Positions 48,728 through 57,851 of a stretch of 61,517 nucleotides of DNA are shown piece after piece (the first letter of the stretch is position 1; each line of letters starts with the position of its first letter). The notes below the pieces were generated by a model that did not search any database, was not told the origin of the DNA, and was given only the letters and a program-made list of their open reading frames with translations. Origin of the DNA: Syntrophales bacterium (lineage in GTDB: Bacteria > Desulfobacterota > Syntrophia > Syntrophales > UBA5619); the NCBI GenBank assembly GCA_030654195.1, contig JAURXV010000037.1:1-61517 (forward strand). The letters run 5' to 3'. Both the position numbers and the translations under genes were made by a program.

Positions 48728-49988
48728 CGATCGCCTCCCGGTAGACCTCGACGGTTTTCATTGCGGCGTGACGCCAGGTCAGCGAATTACTCACCCTCGC
48801 TAGCCCCGCCTCACCGAGCCTCATGCGTTTTTCCGGATCATTCAGCAGGGCCGCGATGGCATCCCGCAGGGCCGCTGCGTCCCCCGGCGGCACAAGGAGT
48901 CCGGCATCCCCCACCACCTCGGGGAGTGCGCCGCCCGACGTACTAATCACCGGCACGCCGCAGGCCATGGCCTCGCCGGCCGGCATGCCGAATCCTTCAT
49001 AGAGTGAGGGGATGACGGCTATTGTCGCCTCGGCGTAATAGCGGGCAAATTCCCGATCCGCAATCCGGCCGGTGAAACGGATCGCATCGCCAAGTGAAAG
49101 TTCCGCGACCAGACGTTCGATCACTCCGTTCTCCTTCGGTTTCCCGATGACGACGACGCGGACCGCCCTTTCCCGGCGGATCTTCGCGACTGCCTCTAAG
49201 AGATAGCGCAGTCCCTTGAGCGGCGTGTCGGCGCTGTTCGTCACCAGGATCAGGTCGTCCGCCCGTCTCACGCCGTCAAGCGGATAAAAGCAGTCCGTGT
49301 TGATCCCGTTCGGAACAACGCGGAACCTTTCGGCGGGCAGGTGGAATTCCCGGCCGATGTCTCTCTTCGAACATTCGGATACGGTGATGATATTCGATAT
49401 CCGCCGGGACACCCGCTTCTGCATCGCCAGAAACGCGTACCAGCGTCTCACCTTCATCCGGCGGAGCCAGCTTCCTGCCGCCGCGATTTCCGTATCCCGG
49501 TCGACGGTGATCGGATGGTGGATGGTGGCCACCGTCGGATAGCCGCCCGCGGCGATGCCGAGAAGGCCGTAGGAGAGACTCTGGTTGTCGTGGATGATAT
49601 CATATCCGTTCCGGCCCCTTAGCAGATGGTTGCGGGCGCGGAATCCGAAGGTGAAGGGTTCCGGGAATCCCCCGGAACACATGCTGAGGAACTCAAACTG
49701 GTTGAGCGGCGAGGAAAGATCCCGGATATTCGTGACCTTGAAGAGATGTTCCGGGTTGTAGAGGTCCAGACCGGGGATTTTGTGAAGGGCGATGCCTTCA
49801 TCGAGCTCCGGATAAGGGGGACCCGACAGGACATCGACCTCGTGGCCGAACTCCCGGAGCGCCCGGCTCAGGTATTTGACGTACACTCCCTGCCCCCCGC
49901 AGGTCGGATTCCCCCGGTAGGTCATCAGGCAGATCCTGAGCGGACCGTCGGCCTTTCGTTTCCAAAGATGATCCGAATCATGCGCCAT
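48708..49988 (-). CDS. GT4 (GT-B) glycosyltransferase, ManT-like candidate
   Basis: YRGNP.CGGQGVY, SGPPYP, GGFPEP.TFG, HDNQSL, TIHHP, PSLYEGFG.PA.EAMACG (EX7E). Confidence 0.85.
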   Translation of the reverse strand: MAHDSDHLWKRKADGPLRICLMTYRGNPTCGGQGVYVKYLSRALREFGHEVDVLSGPPYPELDEGIALHKIPGLDLYNPEHLFKVTNIRDLSSPLNQFEFLSMCSGGFPEPFTFGFRARNHLLRGRNGYDIIHDNQSLSYGLLGIAAGGYPTVATIHHPITVDRDTEIAAAGSWLRRMKVRRWYAFLAMQKRVSRRISNIITVSECSKRDIGREFHLPAERFRVVPNGINTDCFYPLDGVRRADDLILVTNSADTPLKGLRYLLEAVAKIRRERAVRVVVIGKPKENGVIERLVAELSLGDAIRFTGRIADREFARYYAEATIAVIPSLYEGFGMPAGEAMACGVPVISTSGGALPEVVGDAGLLVPPGDAAALRDAIAALLNDPEKRMRLGEAGLARVSNSLTWRHAAMKTVEVYREAIDAYGRL

Positions 49989-50258
49989 GAACGTCAATCA
50001 CCTTTTCCTGCGAAGTCAATATCCGCCTCCCGCTGATACGTCGATTCTGATGGATATTTTTACAGATTTTCTGACCGACCGTCACTCCCCGGGCAGTGTT
50101 GCCGTTCGGCCGGCGGATGGGGATAAATACATCCGAAGTGTTGAATTGGCAAACAATATTTTGATGAACCCGTTAAAAAGTCGCAAGAGCGTTGAATAGG
50201 CGTTCGGAAAACCCGATACCATTTGACAGACCAGACCGCCTGTGGAATAAGAAACGCC

Positions 50259-51251
50259 ATGAAAATACCGAAACTGATCGTTTTTGATATGGACGGCGTC
50301 CTGATCGACGTCTCCGGCTCCTACCGAGAGACCGCTCGAAAAACGGCGAGGCTTTTTTTCGATGGGGCAAGGGGGTTCAGGAAACTGCCCGATCCGCTCT
50401 TCCCGCTGACGGACCTCGCCGAACTCAAACAGACCGGCAACCTGAACAACGACTGGGACCTGACCGCCCTGACCCTCCATCTCCTTTTTGCACTGGTCAA
50501 AACTCCCTCCGGCCGGTTATCGGCGGATGATTCCACCGGCCCTGAAGAGACGATTCACCGCTGCGACGTGTCGGATCTCGCCGATTTCCTGAACGCCTCT
50601 TCCCGCCCGCTGATGGAGCTTCTGGATCGTTACGGCAGGCGACACGACCCCTTCGTGACAAGCTGTTATCAGGGCGACGTCGATACCGGCAACCGAATCA
50701 AACGGATCTTTCAGGAGATCTATCTCGGCCCGTCCCTCTTCACGGCGCTGCATGGCGGACAGCCCCGCTTCTACCGAGGAGAAGGGCTGATCCATCGGGA
50801 AAGTCTGCTGATGGACCCGACCCTGCTTGCAGCTCTATCCAGGAATCACATCCTGGCCATCGCCACCGGCCGCCCGCGGGCGGAGGCCGATTTTCCGCTG
50901 GACCGTTTCGACCTGCGAAAATATTTTCAACTCGTGATCACGCTGGATGATTGCTCGCGGGAGGAAGAGAGGATCTTTACCGAGAGAGGCGAACGGATCT
51001 CTCTGAACAAACCCGATCCCTACATGCTCGACCGGATCCCCCGCCTGATCGGCAAAGGGTTCAGCGACTGTTACTACCTGGGAGACATGCCCGACGACAT
51101 GCAGGCGGCCCGGTTGTCCAAAACCGGTTACCGGGGGGTGGGGGTTGTTCTTTCCTCCGCCGATCGGGAAAATCTGCGCAAAGCGATGTTGCAGGCCGGG
51201 GCCGAACAGATCATCGACGATTACGCCGCCCTGCCCGGAATTTTCAGTTGA
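50259..51251 (+). CDS. HAD superfamily hydrolase with large cap (TIGR01548-like)
   Basis: FDMDGVLIDV..SYR, NNDW, ATGRP, KPDP, GDMPDD. Confidence 0.8.
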   Translation: MKIPKLIVFDMDGVLIDVSGSYRETARKTARLFFDGARGFRKLPDPLFPLTDLAELKQTGNLNNDWDLTALTLHLLFALVKTPSGRLSADDSTGPEETIHRCDVSDLADFLNASSRPLMELLDRYGRRHDPFVTSCYQGDVDTGNRIKRIFQEIYLGPSLFTALHGGQPRFYRGEGLIHRESLLMDPTLLAALSRNHILAIATGRPRAEADFPLDRFDLRKYFQLVITLDDCSREEERIFTERGERISLNKPDPYMLDRIPRLIGKGFSDCYYLGDMPDDMQAARLSKTGYRGVGVVLSSADRENLRKAMLQAGAEQIIDDYAALPGIFS

Positions 51252-51492
51252 TCACGTCATTTTAAAATTTCGTGCGCCTTACTATCCCTCAACAACAGGC
51301 AAAGGCGGATGGCATCGGCCAACTCACGCTGGGTCAACCCCATCGGATTCAGGAATTCAAATTGAAAGGGCACTGCTATAAAAAAGCAAAAGACTCTTGA
51401 CACTACCGCCCTTTCGATCTGCATCGGCGACGGCACCTTGGGCCATGGGAAATTATTGTAAACAAGGTTGTTGGAGCATTATGCCATCCCGA

Positions 51493-52149
51493 TCAATAGG
51501 CCCAGTGAAAGATCCCCTTGCCGATAATGTTCATGATGATGGGAACGCTATAGATCAGACCGATCGCCCCAATTTTACGGCGGTCCGTTTTCATGCCGAG
51601 GACGAGGATGGTCGCCACGTAGAAATGGAAGTACCCGAAGAGGAAGATCAGCCAGACGCCGCCGAAGGAGAGATTCCAGAAGGGGTATTCCCAGACGAGG
51701 TGGCCGCCGATGTTCAGCATACATTCCACGAAAACGCAGAAGACCGAATAGGCGATCGCCCAGAACCAGCGGTTCGGAACTCCCAGGATCCTGACTTCCT
51801 TTTTTTCTTCAAGCGTATGGTAGTAGATGATCCCGGAGATCGCGAACATGAACATGATCTCGATGTTCCATCCGATCATGGTTCTCAAGGCCGTGTCGCC
51901 GGGGGTCGTCCAGAAGGCGGAATGGTTGGTGAAATGGAAGACCCAGCCGTTCCAGGTCTCGTTGAAGAAATCCATGCCGAAAACGGTAAGGCCGGCGAAG
52001 ATGGCGTTCCAGTTCCCGGTTTCTCGCGCTTTCTTCATTTCCGTCACGTAGATGTAGGTGATGATGGCCAGCAGAGGGATGATGTACCACTTGATCATGG
52101 TAAGGTCCCAAAGTCCGTTCAGGGCAGTCTGTGAAGCTTGCGTCGGCAT
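51493..52149 (-). CDS. Conserved-looking multi-pass membrane protein of unknown function
   Basis: About six aromatic-rich hydrophobic segments, MDFFNE.WN, IGWNIEI.FMF; AGGAGG RBS. Confidence 0.7.
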   Translation of the reverse strand: MPTQASQTALNGLWDLTMIKWYIIPLLAIITYIYVTEMKKARETGNWNAIFAGLTVFGMDFFNETWNGWVFHFTNHSAFWTTPGDTALRTMIGWNIEIMFMFAISGIIYYHTLEEKKEVRILGVPNRWFWAIAYSVFCVFVECMLNIGGHLVWEYPFWNLSFGGVWLIFLFGYFHFYVATILVLGMKTDRRKIGAIGLIYSVPIIMNIIGKGIFHWAY

Positions 52150-52299
52150 CGTCGCACCTCCTTATGGATTTGACGTCCCTTTTTCATTCATGGCCTTCAC
52201 GGCAAGGCGCAAATGCATATGATTGTAAATACTTATACTGAAGGCGTCCCTGCATGTTGATTTCGGTGATTACGATTTCTTCTCCTCCGGGATGATCGC

Positions 52300-54720
52300 C
52301 TAAATGAAAATCCTGCTACGCTCCGGATCGTACGGGGGCTTCGAAAGACGTGTGGCAGGGATCGCCTCCCGATACACCTCAATGGCAAAGCCGCCCGAAT
52401 CATCCGCATCCGCGGCAGACAGGTAACCTAAAGCGATCGTCTTCCCCACCGTATGGCCATAGCCGCCGCTGGAGACCGCCCCGACGACCTTTTCCCGACG
52501 GGTGATCGTCTCTCCGCCGGTAAGCAGGATCGGCCGGTCAGTATCCAGCGTGAAGGTGCAGAGCTTCCACTTCGGTCCCCCCTGCTTGATCTTCAAAAGC
52601 GCCTCCCGACCCTTGAAGGGTCCCTTGTCGAGATGGACGGCAAAACCGATCCCGGCGTCGTAGGGACTGTAGTCCGGAGAGACCTCGGCGCCCCAGTAGC
52701 AGTACCCCTTCTCCAGCCGGAGCGAGTCGATCGCCCGGTATCCGGCGTTGCGGATGCCGAGGTCCCGGCCGGCCTCCCAGAGGCTCTCGTACAGATGGGG
52801 GGCATATTCCGGCGGCATGTATAGCTCGTAGCCCAGTTCGCCGATGTAGGTCACCCGGATCGCCAGCACCGGGGCATAGCCGATGACGACCTCCCGGCAT
52901 TGACCAAAGGCGAACCCTTCGTTGCTGAAGTCGTCGTCGGAGAGACGCATCAGGAGTTCCCGGGAGAGGGGCCCGCAGACGTTGATCATCGCGAAAGAGG
53001 AAGTCACATCACGAAGCGAAACCGAACCGTCCTTCGGCAGATGTCTTTTAAGCCACATGAAATCGTGGACACCAAAGGCGGTGCCGGTGATCACAAAGAA
53101 GCGGTCTTTTGCCAGGCGCGAGATGGTGATGTCCGCCTCGATCCCGCCCCGGTCGTTGCAGAGCTGGGTATAGACAGTTGATCCCACGGGCCTGTCCACA
53201 TTGCCCGCCGCCATTTCGTTCAGAAAGGGCAGCGTTCCGGATCCGGCCACCTCGAACTTGCTGAACGAGGATTGGTCGATCAGGACCACCGCCTCCCGGG
53301 CCGCCCGATGCTCGGCGGCCACGTGGTCGAACCAGTTCGGAATCCCGAAGGTGGGTACGTCCTCGGGCGCCACCCCTGGCGGGGCGAACCAGTTGGCCCT
53401 TTCCCAGCCGTATTTCGCGCCATAAACGGCCCCGTTTGCCTTGAGCAAATAGTAGAGCGGAGAGCGCCGCACTCCCCGGGCCGAATCGTGCTCCTCATTA
53501 GGCCAGGAGATGGTGTAATGTTTGCCGTAGATCTCCTTGGTCCGTTCGACATTGTACCGGAGACTCCGGTGATACGGGCCGAAGCGGCGGATATCGAGGG
53601 GCCAGATGTTCAGGCTCGGTTCCCCCTCTGCGATCCATTCGGCCACCATCCGCCCGGCCCCGCCGCCGGCGGCGATCCCGAAGGCATTGAAGCCGACGGC
53701 GACAAAACAATTTTCCAGCTCCGGCGCCGGTCCCAGCATGCAGTTGCCGTCGGGGGTGAATGCCTCCGGTCCGTTGATTAGGCGCGCGATCCCGGCCGTA
53801 CCGAGGCAGGGCGTCCGCTTGACGGCTGCCTGGGAAATGGACTCGAAATGATCGAAATCCGGCTCTAACAGTTCCTGGGTGAAGCCCTGGGGAATTCCAT
53901 GGATCGCCCAGGGGATGCCGTCCCGTTCGTAACCGCCCATGACGAGCCCCCCGACCTCCTCCTTGTAGTAGAGAAGGCTGTCCTTGTCCCGCAGCGTCGG
54001 CAGACCCGGCGGCAGCCCCTCGATCGCCTCGGTCACCAGGTACTGGTGCTGAAACGGAACCAGAGGGATATTGACGCCCATCATCCGGCCGATCTCGCGG
54101 CCCCACATCCCCGCCGCATTGACGACCGTTTCGCACCGGATCGTCCCCCGATCGGTCACGACGGCGCTAATGCGGTTGTCCCGGATTTCGAAACCGGTGA
54201 CGCGGGTTTTCTGTTCCACCGTGGCGCCCCGGTTCACCGCCCCTTTGGCCAGCGCCATGGTGAGTCCGCTCGGATCCGCCTGGCCGTCGGAGGGCATGAA
54301 GGCCGCGCCGATGATCCCTTCCATATCGAGGATCGGGAAGATCTTCAGCGCCTCGGAAGGCGTGATCATGTGCATTTCCAAGCCGAAACTGCGTGCCGTG
54401 GTGGCCCCTTTCTTCAGTTCGAAGAGCCGCTCCTCCGTGCAGGCCAGATGGAGACAGCCGCAACGCTTCCAGCCGGTGGTCAGTCCCGTTTCCGCCTCCA
54501 GCGTCTCGTAGAGGCTGACGCTGTGCTGAAGCATCCTCGTTACATTCCGGTGGGAACGGAGCTGTCCCACGAGGCCCGCCGCATGCCAGGTGGAACCGCT
54601 GGTCAACTCGCCCTTTTCAAGAATGAGCACATCCTTCCATCCCAGTTTTGTCAGATGATAGGCAATGCTGCATCCCACGATGCCGCCGCCGATAATGACA
54701 ACCTGTGCACTGTCGCGCAT
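52300..54720 (-). CDS. GcvT-family FAD-dependent oxidoreductase (dimethylglycine/sarcosine dehydrogenase-like)
   Basis: GGGIVG, GSTWHAAG, NGPEAFTPDG, GWERANWF, TYIGELGYE, LRLEKGY. Confidence 0.9.
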   Translation of the reverse strand: MRDSAQVVIIGGGIVGCSIAYHLTKLGWKDVLILEKGELTSGSTWHAAGLVGQLRSHRNVTRMLQHSVSLYETLEAETGLTTGWKRCGCLHLACTEERLFELKKGATTARSFGLEMHMITPSEALKIFPILDMEGIIGAAFMPSDGQADPSGLTMALAKGAVNRGATVEQKTRVTGFEIRDNRISAVVTDRGTIRCETVVNAAGMWGREIGRMMGVNIPLVPFQHQYLVTEAIEGLPPGLPTLRDKDSLLYYKEEVGGLVMGGYERDGIPWAIHGIPQGFTQELLEPDFDHFESISQAAVKRTPCLGTAGIARLINGPEAFTPDGNCMLGPAPELENCFVAVGFNAFGIAAGGGAGRMVAEWIAEGEPSLNIWPLDIRRFGPYHRSLRYNVERTKEIYGKHYTISWPNEEHDSARGVRRSPLYYLLKANGAVYGAKYGWERANWFAPPGVAPEDVPTFGIPNWFDHVAAEHRAAREAVVLIDQSSFSKFEVAGSGTLPFLNEMAAGNVDRPVGSTVYTQLCNDRGGIEADITISRLAKDRFFVITGTAFGVHDFMWLKRHLPKDGSVSLRDVTSSFAMINVCGPLSRELLMRLSDDDFSNEGFAFGQCREVVIGYAPVLAIRVTYIGELGYELYMPPEYAPHLYESLWEAGRDLGIRNAGYRAIDSLRLEKGYCYWGAEVSPDYSPYDAGIGFAVHLDKGPFKGREALLKIKQGGPKWKLCTFTLDTDRPILLTGGETITRREKVVGAVSSGGYGHTVGKTIALGYLSAADADDSGGFAIEVYREAIPATRLSKPPYDPERSRIFI

Positions 54721-54775
54721 GATTCACTCCTTTGACTGTGAAGTAACGTTGCAAGGATAACGGTTGATCTCCGGC

Positions 54776-55735
54776 TCACTTCGCTTGAGCAGGAGCGAGC
54801 GCCCTCGTCAGGGCGGGGACAACCTCGAAAAGATCGCCGAGGAGGCCGTAATCGCATTTTTGGAAAATGGGCGCATCGAGATCGTTGTTTACGGCCACAA
54901 TCACCTTGGCCGTCTTCATGCCCGCGAAATGCTGAACGGAACCGGAAATTCCGCAGGCGATGTAGAGCCTTGGGCTGACCGTTTTGCCGGTCTGGCCGAC
55001 CTGCAGCGCGTGGGACGCGAAGCCGGCGTCCACGGCGGCTCGAGAGGCGCCGACCGCCGCCCCGAGAACGGATGCGCACTCTTTCAGGATCCGGAAGTTT
55101 TCCGCGGAGCCGACGGCGCGTCCGCCGGAGATGATGATCTCGGCTTCGGAGACATCCGGTCCCCCGGAGGAACCCTGCTTGACCTCCCGGATCACCAGCC
55201 GTTTCGAGGTCGGGACCGGGGCTTCGTATAGGACGATATCGCCGTGCCTGGGGTCGATCTTTTCGGGGAAGATGTTGGGGCGGATCCCCAGTATCCAGGG
55301 TCGACCGTTCAGACGGAGGGTTGCCGTCGTCTTCCCGGAGAAGTGGGATTTCCGGACGGTTCCTGAGGGAAAATCGATATCCAGGCAGTCCAGAACCAAC
55401 GGCGCTCCCGCAATCGATGCGATCCGGGCAAGTAGATCCCTTCCGGCCTGGCCGGACACCCCGAGGAGCGCGTCGAGCTGGAAACGATCGATCGCCGCGG
55501 CCAGAGCGGCGGCCTGTACATCCGGAAAGGGACTGATATCCGCCTCCGGCGTCCGGATCGTCACGATCCGGTCCGCGCCGTATTGGCGCAATACCCCGTG
55601 ACAGGCCTCCGCGTTCGGCTCAGGCAGCAGGGCATATACCTCCCCCGGGTCCCGCCTGGCCGCGGCCAGGGCGCCCAGGGTGGTTTTTTTGACCTCTCCT
55701 CCCTTAGCCTCGATAAGAACGCCGATCCTCGCCAT
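54776..55735 (-). CDS. etfA: Electron transfer flavoprotein alpha subunit
   Basis: GASRAAVDAG, QVGQTGKTV.P.LYIACGISG..QH.AGM. Confidence 0.93.
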   Translation of the reverse strand: MARIGVLIEAKGGEVKKTTLGALAAARRDPGEVYALLPEPNAEACHGVLRQYGADRIVTIRTPEADISPFPDVQAAALAAAIDRFQLDALLGVSGQAGRDLLARIASIAGAPLVLDCLDIDFPSGTVRKSHFSGKTTATLRLNGRPWILGIRPNIFPEKIDPRHGDIVLYEAPVPTSKRLVIREVKQGSSGGPDVSEAEIIISGGRAVGSAENFRILKECASVLGAAVGASRAAVDAGFASHALQVGQTGKTVSPRLYIACGISGSVQHFAGMKTAKVIVAVNNDLDAPIFQKCDYGLLGDLFEVVPALTRALAPAQAK

Positions 55736-55757
55736 AGCCCCCGAGCCTCTTTCTCCT

Positions 55758-56528
55758 CTATAGAACCCCTGCCTCTTCCCGGAGCAGGCGCAGAAGCTCC
55801 CGTACCATCTTTTCCGGATCCCCCTCCAGGATAGTCCCCCGGCCCCGGTCGGGCGCCGCTTGAAGCCCGAGGAGCTCCACCGTTGGAATGGGAGGAGGAA
55901 AGCCGAGATCGGCCTGGGGGATCACCCGGATCTCCTTCTTCTTCGCCTTCATCATATCGGGAAGGGTGGGACAGCGCGGCTGGTTCAACCCTTTGGCTGC
56001 ACCGACGACGCAGGGCGTCGTCATCTCGATCACCTCGCGGACGTCCGCTTCGATTTCCCGCTCCACGGTGACCCGGCCTTCGACCATCGAAAAAGTCACC
56101 ACATTGACGGCCACGGGCATATCGAAGAGTACCCCCAACCGGTAGGGGATCTGCATCCCCTCTGTGTCGACCGATTGCCGGCCGGTCAGGATCAGGTCCG
56201 GAAAACCGTCCAGAGAAATGGCCCGGTAGAGGAGGCGTCCCGTCTCGACGCTGTCCGTAAAATAGGCGTCCGTCTTCACGAGAATCGACCGGTCGGCGCC
56301 CATGGCGAGGGCCGTCCGCAACGTGGAGGTCGCAACCTCCTTTCCGACCGTGACCGCAATGACCTCGGCTCCGGAGCCGCTTTCCCGGATCCGGAGGGCC
56401 TGCTCCAAGGCGTACTCGTCGTAGGGATTCATGATGAACTTGACGGTCTCATCAAAAGCCGTCCCGCCCAGCGGTCTGATGTTTGCCGCGGTGTCGGGCA
56501 CATGCTTTACGCAGACGTAGATCTTCAC
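55758..56528 (-). CDS. etfB: Electron transfer flavoprotein beta subunit
   Basis: VCVKHVPD, NPYDEYALE, ALAMGAD, GRQSVD, N.PR. Confidence 0.92.
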   Translation of the reverse strand: MKIYVCVKHVPDTAANIRPLGGTAFDETVKFIMNPYDEYALEQALRIRESGSGAEVIAVTVGKEVATSTLRTALAMGADRSILVKTDAYFTDSVETGRLLYRAISLDGFPDLILTGRQSVDTEGMQIPYRLGVLFDMPVAVNVVTFSMVEGRVTVEREIEADVREVIEMTTPCVVGAAKGLNQPRCPTLPDMMKAKKKEIRVIPQADLGFPPPIPTVELLGLQAAPDRGRGTILEGDPEKMVRELLRLLREEAGVL

Positions 56529-56575
56529 TATGACGAAACCTGCATCTTTGACGCCCCGGTATAAAGTCCAAAATC

Positions 56576-56707
56576 TCCTCCCCCTTGACGGGGGTAAACA
56601 ATCTTCCCTCCCCCTTGACGGGGGAGGGTTAGGGTGGGGGCGAAAAGGGATTGTATTTCCGTGAATGATTTCCCCCTCCCCTTAATCCCCTCCCACCAGG
56701 GGAGGGG
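56576..56707. repeat. REP-like element of the same family as 24061-24186, with an inverted partner
   Basis: CTCCCCCTTGACGGGGG twice followed by AGGGTTAGGGTGGGGG; partner CCCCCTCCCCTTAATCCCCTCCCACCAGGGGAGGGG at about 56672-56707. Confidence 0.8.
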
Positions 56708-56738
56708 AAATTTCACTTGTAATACGAGAGCTACGTCT

Positions 56739-57833
56739 TTACCGCTTGCCGAAATAGTTCCGGACAAAACGGACGAACCGCTCGTTTTCCTCGTCCACGC
56801 CGGGCGTGACCCGGAAGTAGCCGTCCCGGCCGTGGATCGGATTGATCTTTTTCAAAAAGATCTTTTCCATTTCCAATCCCGCCGCCAGGATCTCGGCGGT
56901 GGTCTTGCCGGTCATGGTGGCGTCGATCAGCATGTAGTTGCCGTGCGCCGGATAAGGCTTAAGCCCAACCTTGACCAGTTCCTCGGTGAAAACCGCCATC
57001 CAGCGGTTGTTATGCTTCACCTTCGCGGCGACCTCCCCGGGATTGTCCAGGATCGCCTCCGCGGCCGCCATCGCCATCAGGCTTACGTTCCACGGCAGGA
57101 ACATGGCGTTGAAGGCTTTGACCATTTCCTCCGTTCCCACCACGTACCCGAACCGGATCCCGGCGAAGCCGTAGGCCTTCGAAAAGGTGTGGGAGAGGAA
57201 GACCTGGGGATATTTCTGAAGCAGGAAGTCTTTGGAGGGGATCTCCGGATGGTAGTCCAGATAAGCCTCATCGATGCACAGCGGGATCCCGGTTTCGCAG
57301 AAACGGATCAGGTCCTTGTCGTCGATGAAGATGCCCGTCGGGTTGTTGGGGTTGATAACGAGCATCAGCTTGGTCTTGGGGGTGATCGCCTTGAGCATGC
57401 CGTCCACATCGTACTGGAAATCCTCTTTCCTGAGCGGAACCGAGACCACCTTCCCGCCCGCCAGCTCCGCCCGTGGCGGGAAGAGCTCGAAGGTGGGCGT
57501 GGAGATGATGAACTCATCGCCGGGCTGGAGGAAGATCCGCATCATGCAATCGATGATCTCCGATGAACCGTTGCAGAGGCCGATATTGTCCGGTCCCAGG
57601 TTGTGCAACTTACCCAGCTTGGTCCGCAACCGCAGCATGCTGTCCGGATAGCGGTTACCTTTGGAAAGGATATCCGTCACCGCCCGGATCACCTTCTCGG
57701 ACGGGGGTAGCGGGTTTTCATTGAGCATCAGGCGACCGTAATCGGGATTTGCCCAGGCCTTATCCAGAATGCCTGTATTGTATTCTCGCGCGGTGGTCAA
57801 CCATGGCACAAACCAATCTTTTAACTGCTTCAT
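56739..57833 (-). CDS. Class I/II PLP aminotransferase, HisC-like
   Basis: NENP, YPD, NGS.E, NPNNPTG, DEAY, TFSKAYG.AG.R.GY. Confidence 0.85.
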   Translation of the reverse strand: MKQLKDWFVPWLTTAREYNTGILDKAWANPDYGRLMLNENPLPPSEKVIRAVTDILSKGNRYPDSMLRLRTKLGKLHNLGPDNIGLCNGSSEIIDCMMRIFLQPGDEFIISTPTFELFPPRAELAGGKVVSVPLRKEDFQYDVDGMLKAITPKTKLMLVINPNNPTGIFIDDKDLIRFCETGIPLCIDEAYLDYHPEIPSKDFLLQKYPQVFLSHTFSKAYGFAGIRFGYVVGTEEMVKAFNAMFLPWNVSLMAMAAAEAILDNPGEVAAKVKHNNRWMAVFTEELVKVGLKPYPAHGNYMLIDATMTGKTTAEILAAGLEMEKIFLKKINPIHGRDGYFRVTPGVDEENERFVRFVRNYFGKR

Positions 57834-57851
57834 CTCTCTCTCCTTTCATCG

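Noticed and set aside
56528-56767. 79-aa ORF between the aminotransferase and etfB (also 24141-24362 and 9722-10063)
   Set aside because: Translations of REP-like palindromes (PLPWWEG, PHPHPDPP, GDRFEICP), not genes
56739-57833. Assignment as hisC
   Set aside because: No his genes nearby and the context is catabolic; kept as HisC-like only
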